This document shows, in pieces, positions 11,128 through 21,174 of a DNA stretch of 64,000 bases. Within the stretch, counting starts at the first letter, position 1. The number at the start of each line of letters is the position of its first letter. Where the stretch lies: IMG/VR virus record IMGVR_UViG_3300031977_002862, positions 27,845 through 91,844 of that record, one strand, 5' to 3'. Origin of the DNA: a virus. A program made the position numbers and the translations under genes. The notes beneath the pieces are model-generated. The model worked only from the letters and a program-made list of their open reading frames with translations, searched no databases and was not told the DNA's origin.

Positions 11128-14100
11128 TAGATTTTACCTCCACCAGCATTAATTGCTGAGTCGTTCACTCCTTCGAGAAAGGTTTCTCCATATGTATTGG
11201 CGGCTTCTCGAATCATTGAGATAATATTTCCACGCTGAGTAGTCAGTGCATCATTGAAGCTTGAGGCATCAATGGCCTGAACATTAAAGTTGACATTGAC
11301 AGGCTGAGCTTGCTTCATTTCATCATTTGGCACAATTCTTCCAGGAGTTTCTGGAACGAAGAGTTCTGGACCCTGCTCTCCAACAACATATCCTGCTGTT
11401 GGTCCTCCTTCGGCGCGATACTTGGCACCCATGAAAGCAGAAGTGGGCATTCCGCCGATCTTTCTAGTATCTCCACCCCTTAGTCCTGCGAGTTCTGAAC
11501 CTGTCGCCTGTTGTGCGACATCTACTTTATTGGATCTTTCCCCTACACTTATATTCCTAGGGACCGAGGTTCCTCCAGAACTAGAGCCTCCCTGATATGT
11601 AGTTGATGAAATAATAGCTAATTGAGCTGCGGTCAAAGCTCCAATAGCTGCTGCTAGTATAGGACCTAATATTGGACCTCCTTCTGCTAATGCTTTTACT
11701 ATCGCTAAAGATCCTTGTATTACGGCTTCCGCCATACTAATCTTTTTATTTTGTTCAAACTGCTTTCTTTTAGCTCTATCCTTTTTCTTTTCAAGAGCTT
11801 GAATTTTTGATAAACTTTCCTTTGATTTTCCGTCTCGTTTTTTCTCAGCCTCAATCTCTTTGTCAATTCCTGCAATTCTTGCCTCGCTCGAAGCCGCCAT
11901 GATATTTCCTATTGAAGATACTATAGCTCCGACTGCTGCTATCTTATCTGCAGCAGTATTTGTTTCTTTTGACAATTCTATAAAGGCGGAAGACATTACA
12001 AGAGTTCCTTCGCTTATAGCTGCAACAAGCTCTCCGTTAGGACCTAGCTCTCTTAGCTTATTCAGCATAGGCTGAATACCTTCTAAAGTTGCATTTATAA
12101 AAGCTTGTTTAAGGCTTTTTCCAGCATCTTTTGCTTTACTTTTTGCTTTTTCTAATGCTTCTTCTAGCTTAGCTATTTCTTCAGCGGAGTCTCCCATTCC
12201 ACGACCAATAGCTAAGTCTATTTTTGCTCCAGCAACTTCTTTGTCAGCAGATTCTTTATCTCTTCCAGCTACCTCTATAGTAGCTTTGCCTCTTGTTATT
12301 CCCTCTCCTACTTGATTTATAAATTCGGCAGTTTTTGTAAATCCTGGAGAATCTTGTTCCGCTCTTTTTCTCAGAACTTGCTCTTCTAGTTCCAGTCTTT
12401 TTAAAGCTAGATCATACTCCTTTTTGGCGGCTTCTTGTGCCGCAGACCTTCCTTCACTTAATAGTTGAGAAATTCTACCAGTATTTGAAAGCTCTACACC
12501 GTTCGCTTTAGCTTGTGCCTTAATAATCTCAAACTTTGCTTCTAACAAATCATATTCTAGGTCGATGGCTTTTGTTTTTAAATTAAACTCTTCTAGCAAT
12601 ATTTTCTTTCTGTTTTCTTTTTCTTTTAAGAAAAAGTTTAATTCTTCAATTGGAGAAAGCTCTTCTGAACCTGTGTCTGCTAATCTTTGAAGTTTATACT
12701 GTACACGAGCAAGCTCCATTTCTGCTTCTAAAGTAGCTTTCTTAGAGGCGAAAATCTTTTGCTCTAACCCAAGTATTTCTTGTTTGGCTTTTAGTTGCTC
12801 TTGATTGACTCTTGCTGTTATTTCTTCTTGGGAAATTCTTTCTTTTCCTTTTGCAATAATTTGAGCATCAATTTGATCGATTCGTTCTTTTTGAGCTTCA
12901 GAAAGATTTAAAAGATCATAACCTTCTCTTTCGGTTTCGAGTTTTTCAATTTCTCTGTCAATAATAGTATTTGTAAGATCTAAAGATTTTTCTAAAACTA
13001 GAGGTTGGTTATTTACAAATTTATTTAAGTTTTTTTGGTCCGTTTGAAGACCTTTAATCTCAGAACCTATAGTTTGGTAGGTGGACACAACTCCATCTAA
13101 TTTTTCTTGTAGAGATTCGAGTCTTTTTACATCTGTGTCTCCAGTAATAAATCCCTCAGAGGCAAGCTTTTGTAGATATTCAGCAGAACCGGCTGCTTGC
13201 TCAAAAAAGGCGTCTATGCCTATACCTCCTACTTCAGAAGCTGCTTTGGCTTCGTTTAAGAAACCCTGAAGTCCTTCAGTGGCTCTATCAAAAGGAGTAG
13301 AGGACTTATCTCCGGCCGCCCTTGCAGCTTTTGTAAAATTAGCATAGGAGGCTGCTGCATTATCTATAGCGTCTGTAAATGCTTTTTCTTTTTTTCTAAG
13401 ACCCTCTAAAAAATTTTCTATCTGTTCTGCGCTTAGCTCTGCTCCTGCATCTAATCCGTTTTTTACTATCTTTAAAGATTTAACCTGTGTAGCCATTAGG
13501 GAGGATAAATTCTCATTGTCACCAATTCGGTCGATGGCTCGTTGTAAAATTTGCGAGGCGGCCTGTCTTCCAGCAGCATCTAAAGTATCTCCTTTAGAGA
13601 GTAAAGAATCAATATTCTCCTCTATTCTTTTTAGCTCTTTGTCTATGCCGACTACGCCGACGCCGCTCACTGCTAGTGCGTAGGCTTGGGCGAAGAATCC
13701 TGCATCTCCTGAAAGATTTAAAAAGTCTTCTCGAAGTTTAGCTATTTGTTGTGTCCTTGATTCTTTTATAGCCACTCCTAAAGAGCTAATCCCGTCTTTT
13801 ACTTGCCCAATAATATTTACCAATACTCTTGATTTTCTTGTAAAATTTTCTGTCTCAGAATTTGAGTCTTTTAAAGCTTTTCCCAGCTCATAAGAAATAT
13901 CCGAAAAAGAATCAAAACTCTTTGCGGCAGAATCCGCAGCTTGTTGAACTTTTGATTTTTCAAATAAACCTTTCAATAGGGGGAAGAGTAAAGAACCGAT
14001 ACTTAGAATTTGCCCTATTATAGGAATAAAATTTAAAAAAGCTCTTCCGAGAAGAATAGCTCCATTCCTGGCAACAGTAAGAGAAGTAGATAAAGTATTT

Positions 14101-15551
14101 ACTAGACCGGTAACCTGTCCGATTTTTTTGCCTTGTTTTCCTATACTGGCAAAGGCGACGCCAAAACCGCCAAATGCGCCAGTTTGATCTATTTTTTGCA
14201 GAGAAGCGGCTTGCAGGCCAGCTAAACGAGACTTTGCTCTCTTTGCTTCGCCTTTTGCTCCTAAAGTAAATCTCCTGTTCTCAGCCGCTATCAGTTGCTC
14301 CGTAGCAATACGAAGCTGACGAATTTGATCAAGTTCTGCTTGTTTTTGTACCTTTTTCTCGGCGGAATGGTTTTTGAGAGCAACTTGTCTTAATTGTTCT
14401 GATTTTTTAAGATTTTTAACAGCAGTTGTTAAGTCTTTGGCACTCAGAGTGCCTGCTCTCATCTGGTCTTCTAAAAGCTTTACACTTTTTGGTGCAGCAG
14501 CGAAAGTTGGTAAACTTTTTGCTTGTTTAGTATATTCTGCGGCTTGTTTTTTTACAGAGCCTATAGTTTCTTGTAAAGCTACTCTAGCTAAAAGTCTTTG
14601 TCTTTCTATAGCAATATTTATTGCGGGAACGATTTTGTCAATAATTGAGGAAGCAAAAAGTGCCAAAACACCAGCCAAAGCAGTAGGTGTTTCCGAAAGA
14701 AAACGAATTAGAGGAGTCAAAACATTGTTAGCAAGTTTAAGACCAGTATCACTTAACTCCCTAAAAGCTGCTGCTAACTGGTCATAGGGATTCGGATCTA
14801 CAGATTGAGAAATGTCTCCAAATTTCTTTATACCTTGAGTAATAGTTGCATTTAAAAATGCTTGCCTTCTTTCTGCTTGAGTAAGTTGTTTTGGAAGCTT
14901 TCCAAGGCTGTCCGCATAGTCGCTGACAGCATCGTCAAGACGAACCATAATACCTAATTCATCTAAAATTTCTGGCTCTAACTTAGCTGTACCTCGTACT
15001 AACCTATTCAGAGCATCTTCTAAATCTCTTCCAAGAGCTAATGAAGCTCCTTTTGCTACTTTGGTAAGCTCTTCAATTTGAGAAGACTCAAAACCAGCAC
15101 TTGTTCCAAGTGCCACAGCTTCTAAAGATGCCCTTGTTGAAATAGCGTCTCCGGTAATTTCTTTTAATTTGTCAGAAATAAATCCTAAATTTTTACCGGC
15201 AACTGTACCTGTTCTTTCTAGCCCCTGTTCTAACTGAGTTAATGCTGCATTTTGGCGAAGAACATTAAAAGCGGCAGAAATTGCAAATACGTTTGCCGCT
15301 AAGGTTGCATAAGCGGGTACTAAACCGCCCTCGATTGTTTGTGCTTGTTTTGCGAAAGCTTTTGTAGAGTTAGAAGTAATTTGGGCGGTGCCCTTCTCCT
15401 GTCTCTGATAAGCATTAGTTTTCTTAGCTTGAGTATCTCTAGCAGCAGTCTGCTTATTGATAGATTTAGTAACTCCATCAATCTGCTTCTGAACTACTTT
15501 TATGTTTTTACCTTCGAGTACTACCTCTAGTAAAACTGAACTATCTGCCAC
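11127..15551 (-). CDS. Tape measure protein (T5 pb2-like)
   Basis: 1474 aa, helical/coiled-coil. N-terminal YATLAANVFA and RGTAKLEPEILDELGI, hydrophobic segments, C-terminal GGP..VGEQGPE motif. Confidence 0.92.
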   Translation of the reverse strand: MADSSVLLEVVLEGKNIKVVQKQIDGVTKSINKQTAARDTQAKKTNAYQRQEKGTAQITSNSTKAFAKQAQTIEGGLVPAYATLAANVFAISAAFNVLRQNAALTQLEQGLERTGTVAGKNLGFISDKLKEITGDAISTRASLEAVALGTSAGFESSQIEELTKVAKGASLALGRDLEDALNRLVRGTAKLEPEILDELGIMVRLDDAVSDYADSLGKLPKQLTQAERRQAFLNATITQGIKKFGDISQSVDPNPYDQLAAAFRELSDTGLKLANNVLTPLIRFLSETPTALAGVLALFASSIIDKIVPAINIAIERQRLLARVALQETIGSVKKQAAEYTKQAKSLPTFAAAPKSVKLLEDQMRAGTLSAKDLTTAVKNLKKSEQLRQVALKNHSAEKKVQKQAELDQIRQLRIATEQLIAAENRRFTLGAKGEAKRAKSRLAGLQAASLQKIDQTGAFGGFGVAFASIGKQGKKIGQVTGLVNTLSTSLTVARNGAILLGRAFLNFIPIIGQILSIGSLLFPLLKGLFEKSKVQQAADSAAKSFDSFSDISYELGKALKDSNSETENFTRKSRVLVNIIGQVKDGISSLGVAIKESRTQQIAKLREDFLNLSGDAGFFAQAYALAVSGVGVVGIDKELKRIEENIDSLLSKGDTLDAAGRQAASQILQRAIDRIGDNENLSSLMATQVKSLKIVKNGLDAGAELSAEQIENFLEGLRKKEKAFTDAIDNAAASYANFTKAARAAGDKSSTPFDRATEGLQGFLNEAKAASEVGGIGIDAFFEQAAGSAEYLQKLASEGFITGDTDVKRLESLQEKLDGVVSTYQTIGSEIKGLQTDQKNLNKFVNNQPLVLEKSLDLTNTIIDREIEKLETEREGYDLLNLSEAQKERIDQIDAQIIAKGKERISQEEITARVNQEQLKAKQEILGLEQKIFASKKATLEAEMELARVQYKLQRLADTGSEELSPIEELNFFLKEKENRKKILLEEFNLKTKAIDLEYDLLEAKFEIIKAQAKANGVELSNTGRISQLLSEGRSAAQEAAKKEYDLALKRLELEEQVLRKRAEQDSPGFTKTAEFINQVGEGITRGKATIEVAGRDKESADKEVAGAKIDLAIGRGMGDSAEEIAKLEEALEKAKSKAKDAGKSLKQAFINATLEGIQPMLNKLRELGPNGELVAAISEGTLVMSSAFIELSKETNTAADKIAAVGAIVSSIGNIMAASSEARIAGIDKEIEAEKKRDGKSKESLSKIQALEKKKDRAKRKQFEQNKKISMAEAVIQGSLAIVKALAEGGPILGPILAAAIGALTAAQLAIISSTTYQGGSSSGGTSVPRNISVGERSNKVDVAQQATGSELAGLRGGDTRKIGGMPTSAFMGAKYRAEGGPTAGYVVGEQGPELFVPETPGRIVPNDEMKQAQPVNVNFNVQAIDASSFNDALTTQRGNIISMIREAANTYGETFLEGVNDSAINAGGGKI

Positions 15552-15939
15552 GCGATTTACTCTTCATCTTGTCGTATTCGCGTTTCAATCTCTCTTGTGA
15601 GATTCGAATCGCTTCTGCGTCAAGTCTTGATAATACTTCTAAAAGAAGTTCCTTATCATCAATCTGATAGAGTCCCATCAAAATTGGTAGGTTTGTATAA
15701 TCTTTTCCTATATAACCAATTTCTGGATAAACTCGATCACCTAAGAAATTAAATATTTCAATACCGTCAACTATAATTTGCGGAAAATCTTCAATACCTG
15801 GAGGACATCTTTCTGGGTTTGGTTCTCTTCCGAGCTGTTCTTCCATTTCCAGATATTTTTCTTTGGTCATTCCGACCGTATTATTCCTCTGCCACTGTTC
15901 GAAGCGTGTCCAAAGGGTCTCCTTTTCCTCCTCTGCGAA
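15541..15939 (-). CDS. Tail assembly chaperone, downstream (frameshift) part
   Basis: Overlaps the upstream chaperone in the +1 frame, has no clear own RBS, and sits just before the tape measure gene. Confidence 0.75.
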   Translation of the reverse strand, partial: FAEEEKETLWTRFEQWQRNNTVGMTKEKYLEMEEQLGREPNPERCPPGIEDFPQIIVDGIEIFNFLGDRVYPEIGYIGKDYTNLPILMGLYQIDDKELLLEVLSRLDAEAIRISQERLKREYDKMKSKSRGR

Positions 15940-16330
15940 AGTTGGCAAGGTCAAAGACCACCTCGTTTACCCAATTATCGAACTCTGTAGAGTTTTGAAC
16001 TAATACTTCTGCCTGCTCTTTATCATACTCTAGTTCTGCTTCTTCATCTTGATTGTTTAGATCTACAAGAATAAGATCTTCGAGATATTTAAGCTTTAAG
16101 CCTTTCCAACCTTTAATAGTTGCTTGTGCAAATTCAATTACAAATTTATCTTCGTCAAGTTCTTCGACCATTTGTCGTGTTTTTCGGTCAAATTTTTGTG
16201 CAATACATCTTTTTCTCAGGTTTAAAAGTTCTTTTCTAGATAAATTACAAACCTCAACCTGAAAGCCGGGACACCCAGGAAAGTCAAGCCATGCTGACTT
16301 GGTGTCAACCATCAAATCTTTTAATTTCAT
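15881..16330 (-). CDS. Tail assembly chaperone
   Basis: Position and T5-like motifs (IKGWKGL, FDNWVNEVVFDLANFR). Confidence 0.8.
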   Translation of the reverse strand: MKLKDLMVDTKSAWLDFPGCPGFQVEVCNLSRKELLNLRKRCIAQKFDRKTRQMVEELDEDKFVIEFAQATIKGWKGLKLKYLEDLILVDLNNQDEEAELEYDKEQAEVLVQNSTEFDNWVNEVVFDLANFRRGGKGDPLDTLRTVAEE

Positions 16331-16338
16331 TAAATCTC

Positions 16339-17259
16339 CTAATACGTGAAATAAGTATTTAAGTCTGTTGGGTTCGTCATAAGACGAAAATCATAGTTCT
16401 GTGAGAAAATATCTCCAAAGGTGGCGCGATTAGTAAAAGAACAGGCGTTATTCATTTCTACATCAAGTTGTAGGTTTGAAGCTGATAAGCCTGCTCGAAT
16501 ACGAACACTTGTACTTTCCTGCCATGTTAATAAGTTATTCACAGATTGAGCGTTGGTGCTATCAATATATTGACTAATACTTCCTCCAAGATTTCTACTT
16601 TGTAATGTAAAATTTGAGGGAAAAATTGTGTTGGACGCATTTGTAACCGCTTTTGTTGAATGTACGGTTTCATTTCTTGTCCAGTCTATATTGTTTTGCA
16701 GCTCTAAAGACGCTCCTTGAATATTGTCTAAATTACTTCCAGCAACTGAAACTATAAACTCTTTTGAAACAGCGAAAGATGGTGTTGAATCATAACTTCC
16801 ATCGGTATTCGACCAGCTCGCCTCTGTTCTCGTAAGTTTAGTTCCTTGACCATTTAAGGCCACGGTCATTATTCCTGCACGAGGAATATTGAAAGTTCCA
16901 CCAGTAAAGACAGCATTCTCTATTTTATAGTATACTGGAGTACTATTGTTCTCATATACAAAATATAGATTAAACTGCTTTAAAGTATTGCCTGAATAGT
17001 CTATTAGCAAATCCAAGGGCAAATGTTGGTGTACGGAAGCTTCATCTAACATATACAATGTGAATGAAAAATCCGCAGGGTTTGCTTTCTGAATAAGGGA
17101 ACCTTCGAACAAGTTATTTGGAGCGTGCAAAGTTCTTTTTGCAACGCCTTCTTGTGCGAAAGTTTGGGAGAAAGTGACATCTCTCATCGTATGGAGAAGG
17201 TAGAACGTGCTTGAATACTCTAACCAAACACGCCCTTCTCTTAATAGTTCAAAAGTCAC
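16339..17259 (-). CDS. Minor tail / baseplate tube protein (T5 p140-like)
   Basis: Tube-like beta-rich sequence (FSQTF...RTLH...ANPADFSF) following the major tail protein. Confidence 0.75.
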   Translation of the reverse strand: MTFELLREGRVWLEYSSTFYLLHTMRDVTFSQTFAQEGVAKRTLHAPNNLFEGSLIQKANPADFSFTLYMLDEASVHQHLPLDLLIDYSGNTLKQFNLYFVYENNSTPVYYKIENAVFTGGTFNIPRAGIMTVALNGQGTKLTRTEASWSNTDGSYDSTPSFAVSKEFIVSVAGSNLDNIQGASLELQNNIDWTRNETVHSTKAVTNASNTIFPSNFTLQSRNLGGSISQYIDSTNAQSVNNLLTWQESTSVRIRAGLSASNLQLDVEMNNACSFTNRATFGDIFSQNYDFRLMTNPTDLNTYFTY

Positions 17260-17294
17260 TAGGGGATCTCCTCGACAATCTCCTTATAGAGAAA

Positions 17295-17316
17295 CGGGGG
17301 AAACTATTTTCCCCCA
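17295..17316 (-). terminator. Hairpin after major tail gene
   Basis: GGGGGAAA-ctat-TTTCCCC inverted repeat, followed by a short U-rich run on the minus strand. Confidence 0.4.
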
Positions 17317-17325
17317 AGTCTCATA

Positions 17326-17354
17326 ATTATATCTAACGAGTAGTAAATTGTCAA
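17326..17354 (-). promoter_or_regulatory. sigma70 promoter
   Basis: TTGACA-17-TATAAT with AAAAATAATTC upstream. Confidence 0.85.
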
Positions 17355-17373
17355 GAATTATTTTTTGGTATGC

Positions 17374-18585
17374 TTATGCCTTATAAATAATCGTGGCTTC
17401 GTTGGTTGAATCAACATTGCCATCTGCTACCTGACCGTGGAAAGCGACTTCCAGCGTAAGCAAATCTTCAACATTAATTACAGGCACTTCGAGGTGTGCT
17501 GTGGGAAGGTCGAAAGCAATACGAGGAGTATTTGTGGTTTCGCCTCCAATATTTACAGTCATATCGAATACGTTTCTGACTGTTGAAGTATCGCTCACTA
17601 AGTCTGCAAAAAGTTCTCCTGATTTACTCTGGTTGGTATCATTATCAAGATAACAGGTTAGAGATCCTGAAATTGAACGAGCACCAGTAATATTTGCAAG
17701 AGGAGCATTTACAACACCGAGTTCCTCCGGAGTGAGGTAGGTGATGTTATTTTCCATAGAAATACTTCCACCGGTAAGAACAATACTGTAAACATCTTGA
17801 ATATTATCGGGAGAAGTTGATTCATTCAAACCAGCATCAGGTGAGCCAATAAACTTATCGTTTCTTACGAGAGAAAGTGTTGAGATTCGGTTACGAATAA
17901 AGTTTGTTGTATCAGTAAGACCATTTGAAATTACTTTATCAGGAGAAGTGTTACCAAGCTCATCAGGTTGAGTTAGTCCTTCATCTGAAATTTGCTTTGC
18001 AAAACCGCTCCACTGAAGAGTTGCAATTCCATCGATATCAAAATCCATCGTAATAGAGTTTACGACGGCACTCTGAAGTTTATAGTACTGTTTATTGTCC
18101 CCATCTTCAAAAGCAAACCAAATATCCCAGTTATCGGGCATCGATGAAACATTTGACTGGCTAAAATCAAATGTGTTTGTTGAATCAAGAGCGGGACTTT
18201 GATCTACTAAACTATTTACAGCGTTGCCGCCCTTTTTAAATACTTCGTTATTTGTATCCCACGTATCAGCACCTACAAACATGGCCCATAAAGACTCTTC
18301 TACAGCGTGACATTTTGAGTCATTATCCGGACTAGAAGTTGAGTCAAAAGGTCGAGCATAAGTACTCATTGACCATTCTACAGGGGCCAAACTGTCATTG
18401 AAGAGCAGTCTTGCTCGTCGTGAAGTTGTTCCTGCTTCATTGATCGTAATTTCTGAAGAATTAATTGATTGCGTAAAAGAAAAGCCATCAAGTACAGAAA
18501 GTTTCCATGATTGTACATGATTTCCTGAACTGGCGTCTCTCAACGAAACGTATACTTCTGCATTTCTTGTAAATTGTAATGCCAT
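17374..18585 (-). CDS. Major tail tube protein (T5 pb6-like)
   Basis: VLDGFSFTQ, FNDSLAPVEWS.STYARP, NNITYLTPEELG motifs. Confidence 0.9.
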   Translation of the reverse strand: MALQFTRNAEVYVSLRDASSGNHVQSWKLSVLDGFSFTQSINSSEITINEAGTTSRRARLLFNDSLAPVEWSMSTYARPFDSTSSPDNDSKCHAVEESLWAMFVGADTWDTNNEVFKKGGNAVNSLVDQSPALDSTNTFDFSQSNVSSMPDNWDIWFAFEDGDNKQYYKLQSAVVNSITMDFDIDGIATLQWSGFAKQISDEGLTQPDELGNTSPDKVISNGLTDTTNFIRNRISTLSLVRNDKFIGSPDAGLNESTSPDNIQDVYSIVLTGGSISMENNITYLTPEELGVVNAPLANITGARSISGSLTCYLDNDTNQSKSGELFADLVSDTSTVRNVFDMTVNIGGETTNTPRIAFDLPTAHLEVPVINVEDLLTLEVAFHGQVADGNVDSTNEATIIYKA

Positions 18586-18632
18586 TATTTATCTCCGAAG
18601 AGAAGATTATCTTCTCATCTTAACCTAAAAGG

Positions 18633-19085
18633 TTAGTATCGAACTTCGCAAATGATCTCCCCAACTGCTAGAGGTTCGAGAGCACCCTCATCGGTGTCCA
18701 AGCTCAAGATTGTTATCTGCTGAACACTTTGAGTATTTCCGTCCTGGTCCTTGTAAGAGAGACCTGCGTTGTCTTCTAATACTGTTTCAATATCTTCAAA
18801 GAGCTTTTCAAGTGCGAAAATTGCATTTTCTTCTTGAACATAAACTCGAAGAGTAACAGTTAGAAATCTGTCTTTGTAGCCTCCTCCTTGGTATTGTCGA
18901 GTCTCAGATCCAGCACTTACATGAACCGCTGGAAAATCCTCTACTTCATCCCAAAACTTTAATCGAGGAAGTACATTATTATATAAGTTTGTCCTATAAG
19001 GAGAATTGCCGTTAATTAACTTTAGCTTCTCTTCTAGGGCTCGGACAATGGCCATTCTACGTGTACTATAGTCTCTTGTGGCCAT
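18633..19085 (-). CDS. Tail terminator (T5 p142-like)
   Basis: KFWDEVEDFP..., TDEGAL.P..VGEI..EVRY; position in the tail module. Confidence 0.8.
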   Translation of the reverse strand: MATRDYSTRRMAIVRALEEKLKLINGNSPYRTNLYNNVLPRLKFWDEVEDFPAVHVSAGSETRQYQGGGYKDRFLTVTLRVYVQEENAIFALEKLFEDIETVLEDNAGLSYKDQDGNTQSVQQITILSLDTDEGALEPLAVGEIICEVRY

Positions 19086-20506
19086 TAAACTCTCCTAGTA
19101 TAAAATCTTGCTGTCAATAATTCTGCCGCTATCTCTCTTATAGATTTATCTATTAATTTCCTTGGATCTCTGTCTACTGTTGCCCAAGGAGGTTTTCCGG
19201 CCCCTTTCTCAAAAATCTGATAAGGATTTTTTCTATAAGTATATCCAATACTTGGAAAGCCTCTTGCTGTTTGTGAAATATCTGTTACTCTAACACTCTC
19301 TGCGAATCTTCCAGTTTTATTCTCTAGTCCTGGGGCTCCCATATTGTTTTTTACAGTTCTTGGTAGCTTTTGATTAATTAAAGCTATCATAGAAATATTG
19401 CTAGCTGCGGAAGATTTTTTAGGTCCTGGAGCTTTGAGTCCTTTCAGTGCCCCAAGCTGTAAATTTTTTGGTTTTACTTTTTTTACTTTTTTATTAGCTT
19501 TTTTAGTTTCTTTTGCCGTTTTAGTTAAATCTATTTTAAAATTATCGCTTTTAACTTTTACATTTTTTCTTCGAACTATTTTAGTATCAAACCTTTCTAT
19601 TACTTTTTTTCGCTCTACGTCTATTCTGGTATCTGAGCCAGGCCTTTTAGACAAACTCTTAGATTTATCTACTTTTAATAGAGCGTTTCGTAATCTTTGT
19701 AAAGCATCTCTTTTAAAAGAGGCTTCAGTTGTTGTACCGTATAACCTATTATAATATTCTGATTCAAAACCAACTTCTAATGTTTCTTTTTCTTTAGTAG
19801 CCTTCTTTTTTACGAAAAAACCTAACCCTAAATTTCTGATGTCTTTTTCAGTTATTTTATTATCTTGCTTAGCTCTTTGATTGTATGTATTAATTCTGCT
19901 GCTTAGTTGTGAACTGGCCCTGCCAACCTGCTGCTCTACAACAGAAGAACCTGCCCGATGTCCTAAATCTAAAAACTTCCCTGCTTGTATTTCTGAGCTT
20001 TGCGAGTTTTTAAAAGCATCGGGATCTATACTCTTCAAAACTGTATTTAAGTTTTTTACTAAAGTGTCTTTTCTACTAGAGAATAAATTTTTTATCGCAT
20101 TGAAAACACTTTCAGGAGTATCTTTCCAGTAAACTCTTTCGTTTTTTTCAGCCTCTAAAACTTTTATTGCCCACGCCGACCTATTACCAACTACACGGGT
20201 ATTAACATTAGATCCGTATTTTTTTCGTGCCTTCTCGTAGGTACCATTTACAAGATTTCTTACATACTTATCTAAGGTTTCTTCAAATCTTTGATCGATT
20301 AAAACTCTAATATCTATTCTGTATGTCGGGGAGGTCAGTTCTCTAATAACTTGAGCCTTTACTCCGTTCACTGAAGATTTGAAAGTATGTTCTTTTAGGT
20401 CAGAATCCGTTTGTCTAAAACCATCTATGCCTTGTCTAGTATTAGAAGGTTTCTCTAACTCTGCTATAGTTTCTTCAAGTAATTTCTTTAAAAACCTTTT
20501 GCTCAC
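19085..20506 (-). CDS. Tail completion / neck protein (T5 p143-like, N-terminally extended)
   Basis: C-terminal NMGAPGLENKTGRFAESV...PYQIFE...RDPRKLIDKSIRE motif. Confidence 0.7.
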   Translation of the reverse strand: MSKRFLKKLLEETIAELEKPSNTRQGIDGFRQTDSDLKEHTFKSSVNGVKAQVIRELTSPTYRIDIRVLIDQRFEETLDKYVRNLVNGTYEKARKKYGSNVNTRVVGNRSAWAIKVLEAEKNERVYWKDTPESVFNAIKNLFSSRKDTLVKNLNTVLKSIDPDAFKNSQSSEIQAGKFLDLGHRAGSSVVEQQVGRASSQLSSRINTYNQRAKQDNKITEKDIRNLGLGFFVKKKATKEKETLEVGFESEYYNRLYGTTTEASFKRDALQRLRNALLKVDKSKSLSKRPGSDTRIDVERKKVIERFDTKIVRRKNVKVKSDNFKIDLTKTAKETKKANKKVKKVKPKNLQLGALKGLKAPGPKKSSAASNISMIALINQKLPRTVKNNMGAPGLENKTGRFAESVRVTDISQTARGFPSIGYTYRKNPYQIFEKGAGKPPWATVDRDPRKLIDKSIREIAAELLTARFYTRRV

Positions 20507-21111
20507 GTTCTATACATATCCAGCACTCTTCGAATATGGTCCGGAAATCCAGGATCATTTCGTATTGCAGAGCTTCCTGCACCTTCACGAGTAGCTGAAC
20601 CAATAGTTTGACGCTCTTTCCATTCGTCTTTATGGTAATAAGTTACCAAGTCACTAATAGCTAATTTCAAATCTGAAGGAGTTTCTACATATCCGGCAGT
20701 ATATACCACCTTTACAGCTCCTACTCCTTTCGGCCAATTTCTATACTGCCCGCTTTCATAAGTTCTAAAAATAGAATCGCTTACAGTATCAAGATACCAA
20801 GAATAATCTGCCGGGCTTCCTTCTCCCGCGCTAAATAATTCTTTATAATCGGCCGATTGTGTAGCTCTCTCATATACATTTAAAACATTAATGACAGGGC
20901 TTTCTCTTAGTTGTACTACATAAGTATCCCACTGAATATTAAATAATTCTGTATATCCAGGGGAGGCAGAATAAGTATCAAACTCATTACTACAATAAGT
21001 TCGGACAAGTTGACTTACACTCGTAATCAATGACTCAAACTTTTCGTCGTACTGAGTAGAGTTTACACCTTCAAATAACTTATACTCATCTAATGTAATT
21101 AAATCTGCCAT
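20503..21111 (-). CDS. Head completion / head-tail adaptor (T5 p144-like)
   Basis: LITLDEYK, VKVVYTAGY..P.DLKLA, FPDHIRRVLDMYR. Confidence 0.85.
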   Translation of the reverse strand: MADLITLDEYKLFEGVNSTQYDEKFESLITSVSQLVRTYCSNEFDTYSASPGYTELFNIQWDTYVVQLRESPVINVLNVYERATQSADYKELFSAGEGSPADYSWYLDTVSDSIFRTYESGQYRNWPKGVGAVKVVYTAGYVETPSDLKLAISDLVTYYHKDEWKERQTIGSATREGAGSSAIRNDPGFPDHIRRVLDMYRT

Positions 21112-21174
21112 GATTTCCTCAGGAAAAAGAGCTTGGGAGGCCCAGATGAACCTCCCATTCTCAATAAGTATCTA

